This document shows, in pieces, positions 9,745 through 19,004 of a DNA stretch of 64,000 nt. The stretch's first letter is position 1, and each line of letters begins with the position of its first letter. Origin of the DNA: Candidatus Spongiisociaceae bacterium. GTDB lineage: Bacteria > Actinomycetota > Acidimicrobiia > Spongiisociales > Spongiisociaceae. Location of the stretch: assembly GCA_965219685.1 (NCBI GenBank), contig CBDCOH010000002.1, positions 3,968,001 to 4,032,000 on the forward strand, given 5' to 3'. The notes below the pieces were generated by a model that saw only the letters and a list, made by a program, of their open reading frames with translations, was not told the DNA's origin and searched no databases. The translations under genes and the position numbers were made by a program.

Positions 9745-10539
9745 ATGGCAAGCGGCGAGGTCTTTCCGAACGCCCCGTTGGCGCTCGTGGTGGCCGAGGT
9801 ACGTTACCCGCCCGTTTCCGACGGCGCCCTCGCCATGCCGGTCTACCGCCGTATCAGGAACCTGCTCGGCAGCGGCTGGGTGATACACAATGCCACTGAA
9901 CAGACCTTCGAGGCTGGAGTGGACGCGGATGGGCCGCGGGCTTCCTTGAGGTCAGAGAAGTACAGCCGGATCACGTCGAGGCAAAGAACACGGATCATCA
10001 CGGCCAAGCCCTCGAACTTCACAGTCGAGGTCGTGGACTACTCGGGCTTCCCCGACTTTCGCGATCTACTCGTGCGGGCCGGGCAAGCCGTCGAGAACGT
10101 ATTGCATCCCGAAGGGGTCGTTCGGGTCGGGCTCCGGTATATCAACGAGATTTCCGTGCCTGACCAGGTACCCGACTGGGGTGCCTGGCTTCATCCGTCC
10201 CTCATCGCGCCGGAACCGCCTCGCGAGTTGACCCTGACCGAATGGACGGGAACAGCGCGCTATCAAATGGCTTCGGATCGGTTCCTGGTCCTGCGTTACG
10301 GACCGTCGGTCGGACCGGTGGTATCACCAGAGGGTCCGCTGAGGCGTTCCCGTCTGCCCGAGGGACCGATCTTCGTGCTGGATTTCGATAGTTTCTGGCA
10401 ACCCGACGACATCCCGGAGTTCACGAGCGAACGGATAGGCAAGGTTGCCGACCGACTGCACCGCCCGCTGCGAGGTCTGTTCGACCACTTGTGCCAACCG
10501 AACCTGCAAGACGTCTTCAGAAAGGACCTGTTGCTATGA
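9745..10539 (+). CDS. TIGR04255-family protein
   Basis: FPNAPLALVVAEVRYP, YSGFPDF, RVGLRYINEI, FVLDFD motifs; leaderless -10 TAACAT at 9732. Confidence 0.88.
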   Translation: MASGEVFPNAPLALVVAEVRYPPVSDGALAMPVYRRIRNLLGSGWVIHNATEQTFEAGVDADGPRASLRSEKYSRITSRQRTRIITAKPSNFTVEVVDYSGFPDFRDLLVRAGQAVENVLHPEGVVRVGLRYINEISVPDQVPDWGAWLHPSLIAPEPPRELTLTEWTGTARYQMASDRFLVLRYGPSVGPVVSPEGPLRRSRLPEGPIFVLDFDSFWQPDDIPEFTSERIGKVADRLHRPLRGLFDHLCQPNLQDVFRKDLLL

Positions 10540-11189
10540 CCGTACAGACGGCCCTTTACGACGAGCCTACGGAAGCGACAGCCCTCGCCCCGCTTCGCAT
10601 CGTGGAGAGAACCCGGCCATCTGACGTTGACATCCTGGCTAACGAGGTGGGGGCTCTGCGGTCCGATGTCGGCCTTCTTTCCGAGGATGTCGCACGAGTC
10701 CATGGTGATTCGCTGCGGCTCCAGCTTGACTATCGCGCCGACACCGTCGCCAAGAGGTCGCCTGTGCGCCTGCTCGACGAGCTCGCTCATTGGGGGTTCT
10801 CCTGGACTTCGGTCGCGCGGGTCCTGGGCGTGTCGATCCCTGCTGTTCGGAAATGGCGCCAGGGGAATCCTCTGTCCGGCGAGAACCGGCGGAACCTCGC
10901 CCGGTTGGTGGCCTTCGTGGACCTGCTCCACGAGGACTATCTGATCAGCGATGGCGCATCATGGTTGGACATGCACCTGGCCGAGTCGAGCTTTACCGGA
11001 ATCGACGTTATGGCTGCCGGACACGCCCACGAACTGATGCAGTATGCAGCCGGGCACATCAGCTCTCGGGATCTCTTGGACGTCACCATCCCGACCTGGG
11101 GAGACACTCTGGACGATCGTTTCGAAGTCTATGTGGCGCCTGACGGAGAGCGCGCCATCCGGATGCGGGCTGAGGGCGAGAGGGGGTGA
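10536..11189 (+). CDS. HTH-containing antitoxin-like protein
   Basis: ATGA overlap with the upstream gene; HTH FSWTSVARVLGVSIPAVRKWRQG after a short coiled coil. Confidence 0.8.
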   Translation: MTVQTALYDEPTEATALAPLRIVERTRPSDVDILANEVGALRSDVGLLSEDVARVHGDSLRLQLDYRADTVAKRSPVRLLDELAHWGFSWTSVARVLGVSIPAVRKWRQGNPLSGENRRNLARLVAFVDLLHEDYLISDGASWLDMHLAESSFTGIDVMAAGHAHELMQYAAGHISSRDLLDVTIPTWGDTLDDRFEVYVAPDGERAIRMRAEGERG

Positions 11190-11860
11190 GCCTCGAGCCG
11201 GCTGCCGAACCGTTCCGGCTCTATACGGCTACCGGCCCCGAAGTCAGCATGTACCGTCCGCTCTTCACCGGAGATATCTTCTCCAATGTCGAGATTCCGG
11301 GCGTGGGCCGCTCGCCCGCCATCGTGATCGGGCATCCCTGCTCGTTCCGAGGCAGGAACGCCCAGCTCGCAGAACGCACACCCGTCGCCTCGGTAGAGCC
11401 TCATCAACCGGTGCCGGCGCAGCAGTGGTCGATGGGATACTTCAACCGGCTGCCCCTCCCGGGTTTGCCGCTGGAAGGATCGTTCCATGTCGCCTGGCTC
11501 GACCGATTCGGTCTGGCCCTCACCAGCGGCCTCACCGCGACAAGCCGCGTGGCGTGTCTTTCGCACGCCGGGATCAACCAGCTGCAACAAAGACTGGTCT
11601 TCCACCAGACCCGGCTTGACATCCCGACCGCGACATTCCACAAGGCCTTCGATCACACCTACGAAGAGGCGGAGCTCCTGGAAGATTGGGCTACGGAGCT
11701 CGGCAGTGCCGACGAATCCACCGTGGCAGCATTCGAGTCCTGGATCCGCGCGGGCGATCCCAACCTGCAATCCCTCTTGAGAGACCCGCAAGCGCGAGCA
11801 CACGTTCGACGCACGATGAGAGAGGAGATCAGCCGGAGGAAAGCGGACACCTGGCGATAA
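11186..11860 (+). CDS. Hypothetical protein (possible toxin/effector)
   Basis: GTGA overlap; RPLFTGDIF...AIVIGHPCSF motif. Confidence 0.8.
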   Translation: MSLEPAAEPFRLYTATGPEVSMYRPLFTGDIFSNVEIPGVGRSPAIVIGHPCSFRGRNAQLAERTPVASVEPHQPVPAQQWSMGYFNRLPLPGLPLEGSFHVAWLDRFGLALTSGLTATSRVACLSHAGINQLQQRLVFHQTRLDIPTATFHKAFDHTYEEAELLEDWATELGSADESTVAAFESWIRAGDPNLQSLLRDPQARAHVRRTMREEISRRKADTWR

Positions 11861-12089
11861 CGCAAGCAAGCCCTACTCCCTCCTGGAGGCTTGAAGCCGA
11901 TCGGAAGAGAGCGACCTGTCAGGGGCGCGAACTCTCCTCGTTGTCGGATTGGGGGCTGTGGACGATGTTACGGAGTCGGGAAACGCCGGGCCGGTGAACT
12001 GAGAGGTTCGTTTAGCAGCGTAAAGCTGTCAGACTATATAGCAGTCTAGAAGTGTCAACGGCCTGAGTCGGTTGGTAACTGCTCTGAAC

Positions 12090-12439
12090 GCCGCCGAGAT
12101 CGTCGACCACCACTAGGGAAGAACGCACCATGACTGTGACCCACACACCCGCTGAGGCCTTCCCCCCGGGCGAGTACCTGCGCGACGAGTTGGGAGAACG
12201 GGGATGGACCGTCACCGAGTTCGCCGGAGATCATCGGCCGGCCCGTGGAGGCGCTATCGGAGGTACTTGACGCCGAGAAGGCGGTCACGCCCGATACGGC
12301 GCGGTCGTTCTCCGAAGCCCTAGGCACCAGCGCGGAACTATGGCTCAACCTCCAGCTCTCCTACCGGTTGCACCGGCGCCGCTCGGCTACTGACCGCAGT
12401 GAACCCACCCCAGGTCGCCGGTCGGGCTCGGCTCCGTGA
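12090..12439 (+). pseudogene. higA: HigBA relic: higB C-terminal stub (EIVDHH*) and frameshifted, truncated higA
   Basis: MTVTHTPAEAFPPGEYLRDELGERGWTVTEFA, then a frameshift to VTPDTARSFSEALGTSAELWLNLQ. Confidence 0.85.
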
Positions 12440-12519
12440 CTCAGTAGTCCGCGCGGGCAACTTGGACTCGAACACCTTCGGACTGGATACACCCCGCCCG
12501 CTCGGCGATGACGGCGAGT

Positions 12520-12705
12520 CTCGAAGGGGACTGTGGCTTTCAACCGGCCTCGACAAGTGTCAAGGCCGGTTGGATGTTGCGCGGTTTTGGCCGGTCGAAA
12601 ACTGCGCGGTCTAGTGGGTGGCCTCCTTTCGTTTGCCTCGGAATCGGGAGCTTTGTTCTTTGAGAACGATGACATCAGCGTGGTGGACCAGCCGGTCGAC
12701 AGGGG
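12520..12705 (+). mobile_element. IS21-family-like abutted ends (IR-2bp-IR junction) and left-end remnant
   Basis: CAACCGGCCTCGACA-AG-TGTCAAGGCCGGTTG at 12541-12572; the following ~140 bp match the reverse complement of 2080-2223. Confidence 0.65.
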
Positions 12706-12724
12706 CTGCGATAGGATCGTTGTG

Positions 12725-13261
12725 ATGACCGATCGGCCTCTAGACATCGGTGGATTCCGGAACTGGGCTCTGGGGAACCTCGTCGACAACGCCACCAGAG
12801 GGGTGTTCGCGGAGTGGCTGGTCGGGAAGGCACTCGGCGTCATCGACGACGGCGACACTCGAGTCGAGTGGGACTCGGTCGATCTGCGGTACGGGGATCT
12901 CAAGATCGAGGTGAAGGCCTCTGGTCTCAGTCAGAGTTGGAGTCCTCGCAACCGGTCGACGCCGAGCTTCGGGATCGCTCCCCGCAAGATGGCTTGGGAC
13001 GCGGCTACCAACGCGTCGGAGAGTTTCGATCCGCCCAGGCGGGTTGCTGACGTGTACGTGTTCTGTCTTCACCATGCGGTGCCGGCGGACAACGAGAACG
13101 TCGCTGATCCGGCTCATTGGACCTTCTGGGTGATCCCGACCGTGAGGCTCAACGACCGGCTCGGCGCCCAGCAGACCGTACGGGTGTCAACGCTCAACAG
13201 CCTCGCGGCGCCGGTGGGTTGGTGCGAACTGCGAGACGTCGTAGACCTTTGCGGCGGGTGA
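12725..13261 (+). CDS. PD-(D/E)xK nuclease-like hypothetical protein
   Basis: RGVFAEWLV...DLRYGDLKIEVKAS; ADVYVFC; leaderless -10 TAGGAT at 12712. Confidence 0.75.
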   Translation: MTDRPLDIGGFRNWALGNLVDNATRGVFAEWLVGKALGVIDDGDTRVEWDSVDLRYGDLKIEVKASGLSQSWSPRNRSTPSFGIAPRKMAWDAATNASESFDPPRRVADVYVFCLHHAVPADNENVADPAHWTFWVIPTVRLNDRLGAQQTVRVSTLNSLAAPVGWCELRDVVDLCGG

Positions 13262-13364
13262 GCATTCTGGTCGAACGCTTCCTGGTCCCCGCGACCATCG
13301 AGCATCGTGGTGTGCTGGAGTAGGGTCTTAGAGGCTTGAAGCGACTCTTCAGGGGTGAGGTTTG

Positions 13365-14381
13365 ATGGTTGGTCGGTGGCGCGTGCTCGTGGTGCTGGTG
13401 GTGTCTGCTGTTGTCGCGGCGGCTTGTGCGGATGGGGACGATTCCGAGCCGGTGATGCTCAGTCTCGGGTATCCGTTCGCGGCCGATCACCCGCTGCGTC
13501 TGAAGGTCCTCGACCCGTGGGCGGAGGACGTTCGGGAAGCTACCGGCAACACCGTGGGAGTGGAGTTCCACCCCGAACAGGGTCTCAGCACCGCGGCGGA
13601 GACCTACGCGAACGTGGTAGCGGGCGGCCAGGACATCGGATGGGCATTGCAGGGGTATTCGCCAGGACGGTTCCCGGCCACCGGCGTGGTGGAGATGCCC
13701 TTCGTGTTCGGCAGCGCTGCGGAAGGCACCGCCGCACTGTGGGCCTTGTACGAGGAGTTCGAGGCCTTCCGTGGCGAGTACTCCGACGTGAAGGTGCTGG
13801 GTCTGTGGACTACCGGCCCGGGTGACTTGTGGCTGGTGGACGGCACCGCGTCGGCTGTGGCCGACATAGCGGGGCTCACCCTGCGGTCGCCGAGCCCCGT
13901 ACAGGCCGCGGTGATCAGAGCCCTGGGTGCTGTCCCTGTGACCATGGCCGCTCCTGACATGCGGGCCGCTATCGACGCCGGCGAGATCGACGGCTTGTTG
14001 ACAGTTGACACGGCACTGGCCACCCACAACCTGGTCGGTGTGATCGAGAGCGGCACCGAGTGCCGGTGCTACGTCCTCGCATCGTTCCTGGTGATGAACC
14101 TCGACACGTGGAACGATCTGTCACCGGACCAGCAGGCGGCCGTAGACGATGTGTCCATCAGGACCGTTTCCGCCGCCGCAGCTAGCTTCTACGACCGGGC
14201 CAGCATCACCGCATCCCAGGAGAACGCGGAAGCCGGGATCGTCAAGGTCCCGCTCGACGATGACCAACTGGAGGAGTGGAAGCAAGCCACCCGCACCGTT
14301 GTCGACGGCTGGGTCGACAGCAACTCCGGCTTCGACGCCCGGGCCATGTACGAGCGCATGCTGGAACTGGCAGCCGGCTAG
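13365..14381 (+). CDS. dctP: TRAP transporter substrate-binding lipoprotein (DctP)
   Basis: Lipobox AAAC; GRFP...EMPF, GLTLRSP, ALGAVPV, GEIDG, LVMNLDTWNDLSPDQQ. Confidence 0.92.
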   Translation: MVGRWRVLVVLVVSAVVAAACADGDDSEPVMLSLGYPFAADHPLRLKVLDPWAEDVREATGNTVGVEFHPEQGLSTAAETYANVVAGGQDIGWALQGYSPGRFPATGVVEMPFVFGSAAEGTAALWALYEEFEAFRGEYSDVKVLGLWTTGPGDLWLVDGTASAVADIAGLTLRSPSPVQAAVIRALGAVPVTMAAPDMRAAIDAGEIDGLLTVDTALATHNLVGVIESGTECRCYVLASFLVMNLDTWNDLSPDQQAAVDDVSIRTVSAAAASFYDRASITASQENAEAGIVKVPLDDDQLEEWKQATRTVVDGWVDSNSGFDARAMYERMLELAAG

Positions 14382-14394
14382 CGCCACACCGCTT

Positions 14395-14529
14395 CCACGG
14401 ATCATCACGGACTTCCTGATCGGAGCCCGCGCCCTCGCGACGGTCGCCGGTCCGCGGTCGCGGGGGGGTACCAGAGTCGCCCAAGCCGTCTACCAGGCAG
14501 TATGGGCTGGGGCCGAACCCCGGGGCTGA
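14395..14529 (+). pseudogene. Chimeric remnant: PIN-toxin-like tail joined to a copy of the cbiZ 3' end
   Basis: RIITDFLIGARA followed by AGPRSRGGTRVAQAVYQAVWAGAEPRG*, matching the CbiZ end AGPRSRWGSRIGRAVYEAVWAGAGPRD*. Confidence 0.6.
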
Positions 14530-14640
14530 TAGCGTCTGCAGCGCCAGTCAGGCCGGCCCCGCAATCACGTCCGCCTCTCCGGGATCGTCACGCTCCAGCC
14601 GATCCGGGGCTGCCTTTCAGGCTTCGCTGCCTTAGTCGCC

Positions 14641-15588
14641 TCAGGCGGCGTACCAGCCGGCGCCTATGAGGGTGCCGTCGACATCGATGGCCCAGAAGCG
14701 CATCGTGTCGGGGCCGCCGGCTCCGGCAGGGTTGTCCTCGGCGGTGATCCAGGCACCTTCGGGGGTGGCATTGCGGACTGCCGGTCCCAGAAGGTCCTCG
14801 ATGTCGGTTCCGATGAGCCGGGGGTCTATGTGGGTCAGGATCTCGCCATCGGGAGTAGCGATGATTCCCGTGAAGTACCCGTCGAAGATGTCGGCGTTGT
14901 TGTAGTACTCCGCGGTCGGTATGAGGCCCACGGAGATGCCCTGGGGATCGTTGTAGAACTCGAGGATGGCCTCCAGCCCGCCTGTCCGGAAGTGCACGGC
15001 CGACTCGGCGATGAGCTGCGGCAGGAACTCCTCGGTGTTGATGTACCAGCCCGAGACGAACAGCAGCCCGTCATGGCGGACGGCCCAGGCGTTCTTCAGC
15101 TCGAACGCTCCCTTATCACCGAGGGCCCCCTCGGCGGGGTTCACGTACACGTAGGGCACCCAGCGGCCATTCTCGGTGGCGGCGAGCATCTCGGGACCGA
15201 AGTCGTAGCCGTTGATGTCGGTGCCCACCCAGCCGTTGACGTCCAGCCCCAACCGGTCGGGGTCGGGATGGCCGATCACGATGTCGTTCCCGTCGATGAT
15301 GAACACGTACCACTCGTCATCGATGCTGGCCGGGCTGTTGTAGTGGGCGAGCGTGGCGTCCAAGCCGTCGGCCTCGTAGCGGGCGATGGCCTGGTCCACG
15401 ACGAACTTCGTGTAGGCCGCGGGATCGGACTTCGGCGGCGCCGGCATGCCAGCGCTCGCGTCGGGTTGCTCGGTGACGGACATCTCGGGGAGTTCGGAGG
15501 GCGCCTCGTCGGCATCATCGCCACAGCCCGTTCCGAGGAGCAACCCGGCGGCCACGATGGCGCCGACCGCGAATACGCGCCTGCTCAT
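14641..15588 (-). CDS. Lipoprotein with tandem Cache-like ligand-binding domains
   Basis: Lipobox GTGC; WYVFIID..IGHP..GxD..G..WVPY.Y.NP...K..WA.RHDGLLFVSGWY, then a second degenerate repeat. Confidence 0.85.
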   Translation of the reverse strand: MSRRVFAVGAIVAAGLLLGTGCGDDADEAPSELPEMSVTEQPDASAGMPAPPKSDPAAYTKFVVDQAIARYEADGLDATLAHYNSPASIDDEWYVFIIDGNDIVIGHPDPDRLGLDVNGWVGTDINGYDFGPEMLAATENGRWVPYVYVNPAEGALGDKGAFELKNAWAVRHDGLLFVSGWYINTEEFLPQLIAESAVHFRTGGLEAILEFYNDPQGISVGLIPTAEYYNNADIFDGYFTGIIATPDGEILTHIDPRLIGTDIEDLLGPAVRNATPEGAWITAEDNPAGAGGPDTMRFWAIDVDGTLIGAGWYAA

Positions 15589-15623
15589 CTTCGGATCAGA
15601 ACCAGTCAACAGGACAACCGGCG

Positions 15624-16661
15624 CTACAGGCCACCGGCCACGACCGCGCTCGTCGCGGCGCTGGTCAGGATCTCCTGGTTGCCGGCGTCATCGACGAACG
15701 TCACGCGTACACGGAGCTCCTTGTCCACATCGGATACTTGCACCGTGTAGGTGGAGTTCGTGGCTCCCTCGATTACGGTGTCGCGGCTCGACAGCCATTG
15801 GTAGAGGAAGATGGCATCGGTGAGGCCGTCCGCGTCAGCAATGCCGGACGTGTCGGCCGTCAGGGTCTCACCCACCTGCGCCGTTCCGCTGATCGTCGGC
15901 GCGCCTGTCGCCTCCGAGTTCGGCGGCGCCGTCGTGGTCGTGGTGGTGGTGCCGAACGACGGAGCGGGCACCGTGCAGCTGAGGTTGTTGAGTTGGCGCG
16001 TCGTGCCGTCGTTGAATGTCGCGGTCCCCGACAAGTTCCAGGGGCCCTGGGCAACCGAAGTGAACTCTGTCCAGAAACTGCCCGAGGACTCGGCGTATCT
16101 CAGGTGGCTCACCCTCGGATATCCCGAGGGATGCTCCAGGGTGACTTCGAAGTAGCGCGTGCCCTCCGCAGCATCCAGCGTCACCCGGACCGTTGCCGAG
16201 GACGTGGTGCACGAGAGGGTCCCGGCCCAGCCCGACGACGGCGCGGTCGTAGTGGTCGCGGCGGTCGTGGTAGTCGTGCCCGCTGTGGTGGTCGTCGCCT
16301 CGGTGACCGTGCAGGTCCGATCCCCGAACTGGATCCACGAGCCGTCGGTGGTCTGCTTGACCACCCACACGTTGTAGGTGCCGATGGGCAGTGAGGAGAA
16401 CGTCACGGAGGCAGTCCCCAATCGGCTCCCCCAGGCCAGAATCTGCGACGTCTCGGTCCCGTCCTTCGACACGAACGCCTCGTACCGGAACGCGTTCCCC
16501 TCGCCGCTCCACGACATCTGGAGGCTGGACGCACCCGCCGTACACGTCACGCTGCCGGACGCCTGCGTCCCGGATGCCAGAAACAACCCGGACACGAGGA
16601 CCAGGACGAGCACCGCGGTCACGATGTGGCCGCGACGGGTTCTTGTTTCAGCTTGATCCAT
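15624..16661 (-). CDS. Secreted protein with FN3/Ig-like domains and Thr-rich linkers
   Basis: Signal peptide; two beta-rich domains split by poly-Thr; C-terminal ATGAPTISGTAQVGETLTADTSGIADADGL module. Confidence 0.85.
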   Translation of the reverse strand: MDQAETRTRRGHIVTAVLVLVLVSGLFLASGTQASGSVTCTAGASSLQMSWSGEGNAFRYEAFVSKDGTETSQILAWGSRLGTASVTFSSLPIGTYNVWVVKQTTDGSWIQFGDRTCTVTEATTTTAGTTTTTAATTTTAPSSGWAGTLSCTTSSATVRVTLDAAEGTRYFEVTLEHPSGYPRVSHLRYAESSGSFWTEFTSVAQGPWNLSGTATFNDGTTRQLNNLSCTVPAPSFGTTTTTTTAPPNSEATGAPTISGTAQVGETLTADTSGIADADGLTDAIFLYQWLSSRDTVIEGATNSTYTVQVSDVDKELRVRVTFVDDAGNQEILTSAATSAVVAGGL

Positions 16662-16762
16662 TCGAACAGTGTAAAGATTGCATGGCACTACACCAACACG
16701 CATATGTCGGTTATGTGAAGGAGTCGGGCGGCCACCGGGCGCACCCCGGCGTCGGGCGGGAG

Positions 16763-17287
16763 TTAGATCCGCTCCGACTTCACGACGACGGTTCTCGCCA
16801 TCCGGTCGTGCCAGCCCTGATTGCTGTCGCTCACGAGGATCGAGACAAGGGTGAGAACGCTGGTGATCGCCAGTATCAGGAACCGCCCGATGGACTTGCC
16901 CCAGCCGGGAAGGCCTCCTCGATCGGTCTCCACAACCTCCAAGCCGACCATCCGCTTGCCCAAAGTCTTACCCCGAGTAGCGGTCAGTAACGGTTCATAA
17001 ATGACCATTACGACAGGAGGGAGCAGCAACGGCCAGGTGATCAGCTGGATGATCAGAATCAGCGCGGCGAACTCCTCGTTCTCGTCGACCCGTATCACGC
17101 CGGTAAAGGTGAGCACCAGTAATACGAGGAATATGGCCGCCGACAGGACCCCGTAGTCCAGGAACCTCGCCGCCAGCCTGCTACCGATGCCGGGCAGCCT
17201 CCGGCGCTCGCCCGTACCCAAGGTGACCCATCCCGACGATGACTCCGGCGTGGCTCCGGGACCGCCCGGTTCGAACTCCTCCGTCAC
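16763..17287 (-). CDS. RDD-family membrane protein
   Basis: RLAARFLD, GKTLGKRMVGLEV, QGWHDRMARTVVV. Confidence 0.92.
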   Translation of the reverse strand: MTEEFEPGGPGATPESSSGWVTLGTGERRRLPGIGSRLAARFLDYGVLSAAIFLVLLVLTFTGVIRVDENEEFAALILIIQLITWPLLLPPVVMVIYEPLLTATRGKTLGKRMVGLEVVETDRGGLPGWGKSIGRFLILAITSVLTLVSILVSDSNQGWHDRMARTVVVKSERI

Positions 17288-17339
17288 TTCTGGCCTTTCA
17301 CGCCGTGACCAGGAGCGATACCGCTGCTGTCCATGACCG

Positions 17340-17663
17340 CTACCCGACCACGAACAAGTCGTCCAGCAACCAGCCGATCAGCAGGACGAGGAAGACAAGC
17401 AGCACGATGAACAACACCGCGGTCACTATCGAAACGATCATGCCGGTGGTTGCCAACCGGCGAAATCGTTGGGTGCGACTCCTGCCGATCAGGGACAGCA
17501 CCAGCCCCGAGACCCACAGAATCGCCCCGGCCGCCAGCAAGAATCCGGCAACGCTATCTGGGACGTCGTCCGAGAACGACACCAGGAACATCAGGACTGT
17601 GACCAGCACGACCGCTCCAGAGCAGACGAACCCGGCAACCGCAATGCGATCTCCGCGAGTCAT
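17340..17663 (-). CDS. Small 3-TM membrane protein
   Basis: Three hydrophobic helices; co-oriented with the RDD gene. Confidence 0.65.
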   Translation of the reverse strand: MTRGDRIAVAGFVCSGAVVLVTVLMFLVSFSDDVPDSVAGFLLAAGAILWVSGLVLSLIGRSRTQRFRRLATTGMIVSIVTAVLFIVLLVFLVLLIGWLLDDLFVVG

Positions 17664-18336
17664 GACCGGCCGCCTGCTGAAGGTCCATTCATAGTTGCAT
17701 CCTACGTGGTGACGGGGAAGTGTTCGGCGAGGGTGCTTATTAGTCCTTCCGCCACCACACCGTGCAGTGTCGCCCCATCCGGTCCCCTACGTGTAGGCGG
17801 CCGTCCTTCTCGGTGACCCGGGGCTCCAGAGGGGCCGCAACTCGTGAAGCCGGGCTAGCGGCAGGGTCACCCGTTGCCCGTAGAAGCCGATGATCTCGTC
17901 CCAGTCCTCGAACCACAGCATCACCGGTCGTTCCCACCGTTCCACACTGGGGCGGACATCGAGTTCCTCCATGATCACGGCCACCAGGTCTTCGACCGAC
18001 GGACCGAGGTGCGATCACGAGGACGGATCACCGGCACTACCGACCTCGACACCACCGAGCCAGCCGTCTGCGAACTTCCCGTGGCTTCTGGCGCTTCATG
18101 ACTCTGATCGGAGGTCCGGGTCTTCAACCGCTGGCCAACGTTGGCGTTCTACGCTGACGGCGCACCAGTCCGAGCGGAACGCTTCCGGGTCGTCGGTGCT
18201 GTGCCGTTACCAAGTCCTTCGGGTCCGGTGGCCACAACGTCGCCTCGATCCTGAGGCCGCGCAGACTTGTCGGGAGTTGGGCGGTTCCGGTGCTCGTCAG
18301 AGGAGAAGAAGAGGCTCGCGGAAGATCGAGATCAAG

Positions 18337-18708
18337 CTACTCCATCGCCTGGACGAGCACTGGGCAGCCGTCCCTGATCTCCACATGCAGGCTGTGGCCA
18401 TCCAGCAGGCGCATACCTACCAGCGGGGTGGTGCCGGCCACATTGACTCTGATGCGTTTCTGGCGGCCATCCCACAGCACCGAGCCGTAGTGAACGTCGA
18501 AGCTCACTTCGGAACCGTCGGCCATGAACGCCCGGCCAGTGCTGGCAAAGGGAAGGCCAGGGCCCGTTACCAATCGCGGCGGCAGCGTCATATACCCGTT
18601 GAAGCCGGTATCGATCACGGCTTCTATCTCCCGGGTCTGCCCCGCCGAACCTTGCACTGTGAGGGTTAAGACGGGTTCGTAGGCGGCGTTCACCGCCCCC
18701 TGGATCAC
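18337..18708 (-). CDS. Clan AA (retropepsin-like) aspartic protease, AF_0612 type
   Basis: AVIDTGFNG catalytic motif; PLVGMRLL. Confidence 0.92.
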   Translation of the reverse strand: MIQGAVNAAYEPVLTLTVQGSAGQTREIEAVIDTGFNGYMTLPPRLVTGPGLPFASTGRAFMADGSEVSFDVHYGSVLWDGRQKRIRVNVAGTTPLVGMRLLDGHSLHVEIRDGCPVLVQAME

Positions 18709-18995
18709 TCAGCTCCTGGCAGGAAACGGCCCCCGAAGCTGTCCAAGGCCCTGTGCCCGACCCGCTCACTCAATACGTTGACCGCTCCGGGGTGCTTCGC
18801 TCCCAGATAATCCACTGCGTCGAGAACCTCTACGCCTATGGCCCAACTGCCGCTGTCCACGTCGATGGCGACGACTTCCCCGCGGTGGTCCGCCTCCACC
18901 TGCGGGCGGATGTCCCGTTCGTAGATCTCCTTGCCCAAGCGGGCTGTCTCTTCGCTGGGGTGGCGGGACGGCACCGTCGTCTCCGGTTCCCGCAA
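18705..18995 (-). CDS. Small protein coupled to the aspartic protease (DUF5678-like)
   Basis: ARLGKEIYERDIRPQVE.DHRGEVVAIDVDSG; GTGA overlap with the protease. Confidence 0.82.
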   Translation of the reverse strand: MREPETTVPSRHPSEETARLGKEIYERDIRPQVEADHRGEVVAIDVDSGSWAIGVEVLDAVDYLGAKHPGAVNVLSERVGHRALDSFGGRFLPGAE

Positions 18996-19004
18996 GGCTT
19001 CCTC

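Noticed and set aside
17787-18060. Possible methyltransferase C-terminal remnant
   Set aside because: Too short and degenerate to support a call
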